Assembly: GCF_003013815.1 (NCBI RefSeq)
Contig: NZ_PRLH01000189.1
Coordinates: 2,301 to 34,300, forward strand
Direction of reading: 5' to 3'
DNA length: 32,000 nucleotides
Source of the DNA: Cyanothece sp. BG0011
GTDB taxonomy: Bacteria > Cyanobacteriota > Cyanobacteriia > Cyanobacteriales > Microcystaceae
Shown one piece after another: positions 28,774 through 32,000 of the stretch; position 1 is the first letter of the stretch, and every line of letters begins with the position of its first letter. Both the position numbers and the translations under genes were made by a program. Under the pieces are notes generated by a model. The model searched no databases. It was not told the origin of the DNA and saw only the letters and a list, made by a program, of their open reading frames with translations.

Positions 28774-28781
28774 CCTAAACC

Positions 28782-29990
28782 ATGAACCAAGAATATCAAA
28801 GAATTGAACAGTTACTAGCCCAAAAAATTGGCCTAGGCCCAGACAAACTCGGTCAACGCCAGTTAATTAAAGCTGTAACAACCCGTCAAAAAGCCTGTGA
28901 GATCCCAAGAGTCTCTGATTACCTCAAACGACTACAATCCTCAGCCCAGGAATTTCAAGAATTGGTGGAGCAAATAGTCATTCCGGAAACTTGGTTTTTT
29001 CGCCATCGCGAGGCATTTTCCCTACTCCGTCACTTTGTGCAAACCGAATGGCTTCAATCCCATCCCAGAGAAACCCTGAGAATTCTTTGCGTTCCCTGTT
29101 CCACAGGAGAAGAACCCTATTCCGTTGCCATGACCTTACTGAATTCTCCCTTAAGTCCGCAACAGTTTACCGTTGAAGGGATGGATATCAGTCAAACCGC
29201 CCTAACCTTGGCCAAAAAAGGGAGTTACGGGAAAAATTCTTTTCGGTCTCACGATCGCCTAGACTATCAGCAATTTTTTGAAGTCAAACAAAATCGTTAT
29301 CAAATTTGTCCCTCCATTCGCAATCAAGTTCAATTTTCCTGCAAAAATTTACTGTCTCCTTGGTCACCGAGTCATCCGCCCTATCATGTGATTTTTTGCC
29401 GTCATCTGTTGATTTATTTAGACGAAGACTCCCGCGATCGCGTTCTCAAAACCTTAGATCGTCTCCTCTGGGAGGGGGGCTTATTGTTTGTCGGGGCCGT
29501 CGAAACCACTCTCATTAAAGCCCCTCATTTTCGCTTCGTGTCTCACCCGTCGGCCTTTGCTTATCAAAAAGTTTCCCTGAGTCAACCTGATGTTCGGTTA
29601 AAACGAAAACCCTACCAGCGATCGCCACTCAAACCCAGGCCAGCCGCCTCTTTACCGCAACCGACCAAACAAGAAATCCAACTTTCTTCTTTACAAATGG
29701 CGCAACAATTGGCGAATCGGGGAAAATTAAAAGAAGCAGCCCAATGTTGTCAAACCCATCTCCGAGGTCATCCCATTGATGCTGAGGGTTATTTATTGTT
29801 AGGGGAAATTTCTCAAGCTCAAGGCAATCTAGAAGAGGCGCAACAATGTTTCCAAAAGGCCCTCTATCTTCGACCCAATTATCGCGAAGCCTTAGTTCAT
29901 TTGGCATTACTACGAGAAAGTCAGGGGGATACACAAGGGGCTGCCATACTCAAACACCGCATTCAACGATTAGATAATCTTCAAGGTTGA
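28782..29990 (+). CDS. CheR-type protein-glutamate methyltransferase with C-terminal TPR region
   Basis: [54 protein letters not shown]-like region, [11 protein letters not shown]-terminal TPR motifs ([44 protein letters not shown]). Confidence 0.92.
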   Translation: MNQEYQRIEQLLAQKIGLGPDKLGQRQLIKAVTTRQKACEIPRVSDYLKRLQSSAQEFQELVEQIVIPETWFFRHREAFSLLRHFVQTEWLQSHPRETLRILCVPCSTGEEPYSVAMTLLNSPLSPQQFTVEGMDISQTALTLAKKGSYGKNSFRSHDRLDYQQFFEVKQNRYQICPSIRNQVQFSCKNLLSPWSPSHPPYHVIFCRHLLIYLDEDSRDRVLKTLDRLLWEGGLLFVGAVETTLIKAPHFRFVSHPSAFAYQKVSLSQPDVRLKRKPYQRSPLKPRPAASLPQPTKQEIQLSSLQMAQQLANRGKLKEAAQCCQTHLRGHPIDAEGYLLLGEISQAQGNLEEAQQCFQKALYLRPNYREALVHLALLRESQGDTQGAAILKHRIQRLDNLQG

Positions 29991-29994
29991 CATT

Positions 29995-31692
29995 ATGAAG
30001 TTTTACAAGTCGATGACCATTGAATCCAAACTGTTAGGGCTATTGGTCTTTTCTGCTTTTATCATGGGCGTAGGAGCCATTGTGACTTGGATTGGAATGT
30101 CTAAGTTATACGCTGAAGTTAGGCAAATGGCTGAACAGGATCTTTCTTTAATTCAAGATTTAATTTCTATCCAAGAAAACCAACTGGCACAAGTTCTTGA
30201 TTTTGAAAAAGCTTATATTGCTGGTATCAATAGCACTGATAATGCAGCCAATCAAGCTAAGTTTAATCAATCTCGCACGAGCTTCCTCGATAATCAAAGT
30301 CGCGTCAGTCTTGCTATTGAAGAGGCACAAAGTTTATTACAGAAGCAAATCAATACCGTTAGCAGTGACTCCGATCAAGAAGATTTTCAAGCCATTGCCC
30401 AAAACTTGAATGATTATCAACAAACTTATATTTTCTACAATAACCAAGCAGAACAAGTGTTTGGTTTAATTAATAATGGAGACATCCCTGCCGCCAGAAA
30501 TGCGGTGGTGAAGGTGCAACCGTTACAAGAAGAACTTAAAGAAGATAATACCCAACTGCTGCAACAAGTGGTAGGTTTATCCCAAGCTGCCGCCCATGTT
30601 GCTAAACAACATCAACAAAATACTGTCAATATTGTTTCTTTTACTTTCATTATTAGTATTATTACTATTTTAAGCCTAGGATACTGGATTACTCGCACCA
30701 TCACTCGTTCTTTAGGTCAAGCGGTTCAACTGGCAGAAGAGGTGTCTAATGGCAATCTCACCGGAGAAGTAGAAGTGATTTCCGACGATGAAATCGGACA
30801 ATTATTAGAAGCGTTAAAAATCATGATTTATAATCTCAATTCTTTGATTTCTAAAGTCCAACAATCAGGGATCGCCATTACCAGTTCCACCACACAAATG
30901 GCCGCCTCTCGCAAACAATTAGAAGCTACTTTAACCGAACAAATTGCCTCAACTAATGAAGTCACCACCACGGCACAAGAAATTGCTAATACTTCAGAAG
31001 AATTGGTCAATACCATGGAACAAATCACCGAACTTTCTCAAAGTACCGCTATGGCTGCTAATCAAGGTCAAGATGATTTAGGCAGAATGGAAACCACCAT
31101 GCGTCAATTGGCCGAAGCGACCACCTCCATTGCCTCTAAATTAGGGGTCATGAGTGAAAAAGCTCATAATATTAATAGTGTGGTTTTAACCATCACCAAA
31201 GTGGCGGATCAAACTAATTTGTTATCCTTAAACGCAGCCATCGAAGCCGAAAAAGCAGGAGAATATGGTGCCGGTTTTGCCGTGGTTGCTAGGGAAATTC
31301 GTCGTTTAGCTGACCAAACGGCGGTGGCAACTTTAGAAATTGAACAGATGGTTAAAGAGATGCAATCGGCTGTTTCAACAGGGGTGATGGAAATGGATAA
31401 ATTTAATAAAGAAGTAAGTAGTAGTGTCCAAGATGTGGGCAATATTAGTCATCAAATTGCTCAAGTTATTGAACAAGTACAAAGTATTACCCCTCGCTTT
31501 GAATTAGTGAGTAAAAGTATGGAAGAACAATCTCGCAGCGCGCAACATATTCGTGAAGCAATGGAACAGTTGAGCGAAGGATCAGAACAAACCGCTTATT
31601 CTTTACATGATACCCATCTTGTCTTAGAAAAATTGAACGATGCCGCCCAAGGATTACAATCAGAAATTTCCGTATTTAAAGTGAAAGATTAA
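29995..31692 (+). CDS. methyl-accepting chemotaxis protein (TM, HAMP, MCP signalling domain)
   Basis: N-terminal TM and 4-helix-bundle-like sensor region, second TM ([21 protein letters not shown]), HAMP ([32 protein letters not shown]). Signalling tip region [44 protein letters not shown]. Confidence 0.95.
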   Translation: MKFYKSMTIESKLLGLLVFSAFIMGVGAIVTWIGMSKLYAEVRQMAEQDLSLIQDLISIQENQLAQVLDFEKAYIAGINSTDNAANQAKFNQSRTSFLDNQSRVSLAIEEAQSLLQKQINTVSSDSDQEDFQAIAQNLNDYQQTYIFYNNQAEQVFGLINNGDIPAARNAVVKVQPLQEELKEDNTQLLQQVVGLSQAAAHVAKQHQQNTVNIVSFTFIISIITILSLGYWITRTITRSLGQAVQLAEEVSNGNLTGEVEVISDDEIGQLLEALKIMIYNLNSLISKVQQSGIAITSSTTQMAASRKQLEATLTEQIASTNEVTTTAQEIANTSEELVNTMEQITELSQSTAMAANQGQDDLGRMETTMRQLAEATTSIASKLGVMSEKAHNINSVVLTITKVADQTNLLSLNAAIEAEKAGEYGAGFAVVAREIRRLADQTAVATLEIEQMVKEMQSAVSTGVMEMDKFNKEVSSSVQDVGNISHQIAQVIEQVQSITPRFELVSKSMEEQSRSAQHIREAMEQLSEGSEQTAYSLHDTHLVLEKLNDAAQGLQSEISVFKVKD

Positions 31693-31730
31693 CTCAAAAA
31701 CTCTAAGGGATAAAACACCATTTCCCATTC

Positions 31731-31819
31731 CCTACCCCCCACACCCCCCACACCCCCCACACCCCCCTTTATAAGGGGGGCAGGGGGGGTTAGGGGCAGG
31801 GGGGGTAGGGGGTGTAGGG
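31731..31819. repeat. CCCCCCACA tandem repeat joined through a palindrome to G-tract DNA
   Basis: C-tract array, then CCCCCCTT (31762-31769) / AAGGGGGG (31773-31780), then G-runs at 31775-31780, 31783-31789, 31793-31796, 31799-31805 and 31808-31812. Located between convergent genes. Confidence 0.8.
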
Positions 31820-31830
31820 AATAATGACAA

Positions 31831-32000
31831 TTAATCAGATTTAATTAAATACTTAATCCCCACTCTGGTGATACACTTGTCTAATTTTTTCAACCAAATA
31901 ATTTGACATAAAATAGTCTCAATTTTTTTGATTTTTAAACTACATAATTGACCCACATATAACCCTTCCTCACCAATAATAATCAGGCCACAACCACTAA
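31831..32000 (-). CDS. PilZ-domain-like protein, C-terminal fragment truncated by the window edge (not in the supplied track)
   Basis: The minus frame reads SGCGLIIIGEEGLYVGQLCSLKIKKIETILCQIIWLKKLDKCITRVGIKYLIKSD*. The pattern G..L..... GxxxxLxIxxxxxIxxxVxWxxxxxxxxxxRVGIxYL is as in PilZ C-terminal halves. Confidence 0.55.
   Translation of the reverse strand, partial: SGCGLIIIGEEGLYVGQLCSLKIKKIETILCQIIWLKKLDKCITRVGIKYLIKSD

Noticed and set aside
29629-31442. Antisense ORFs inside the CheR and MCP genes (29629..29934, 30828..31028, 31209..31442)
   Set aside because: They lie wholly within strongly supported coding sequences and show no recognisable domain.
1-32000. CRISPR arrays, transposases, prophage genes, toxin-antitoxin pairs
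   Set aside because: I looked for regularly spaced 25-40 bp repeats, IS-type terminal repeats around ORFs, and small paired ORFs. I saw nothing meeting these criteria.

Overview
The window is a gene-dense, AT-rich chromosomal segment from a cyanobacterium. The basis is psbV, pipX-pipY, lrtA/HPF, a Tic20-family protein, ctaA/ctaB, about 15 HIP1-type GCGATCGC octamers, and short cyanobacterial-type repeats. About 35 protein-coding genes are supported, most of them housekeeping or conserved cyanobacterial families. I added two coding regions missing from the ORF track: a 35-aa Lys-rich ORF at 2936..3043, and a truncated PilZ-like C-terminus on the minus strand at the right edge (31831..>32000). 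I saw no CRISPR array, transposase, prophage, rRNA or tRNA. I did not find a convincing new defence or mobile system. The observations most worth a second look are: (1) a chemosensory cluster CheW / CheR-TPR / MCP facing a PilZ-like gene across a C-tract/G-tract element; (2) a divergent P-II-like gene with an unannotated Lys-rich microprotein and a strong hairpin before the desaturase; (3) a terminator-like hairpin inside the rpsF leader; (4) a small CPCC/CSHC zinc-ribbon ORF beside a pentapeptide-repeat gene; (5) several convergent gene pairs with overlapping conserved ends. All product names come from reading motifs by eye, with no database search.
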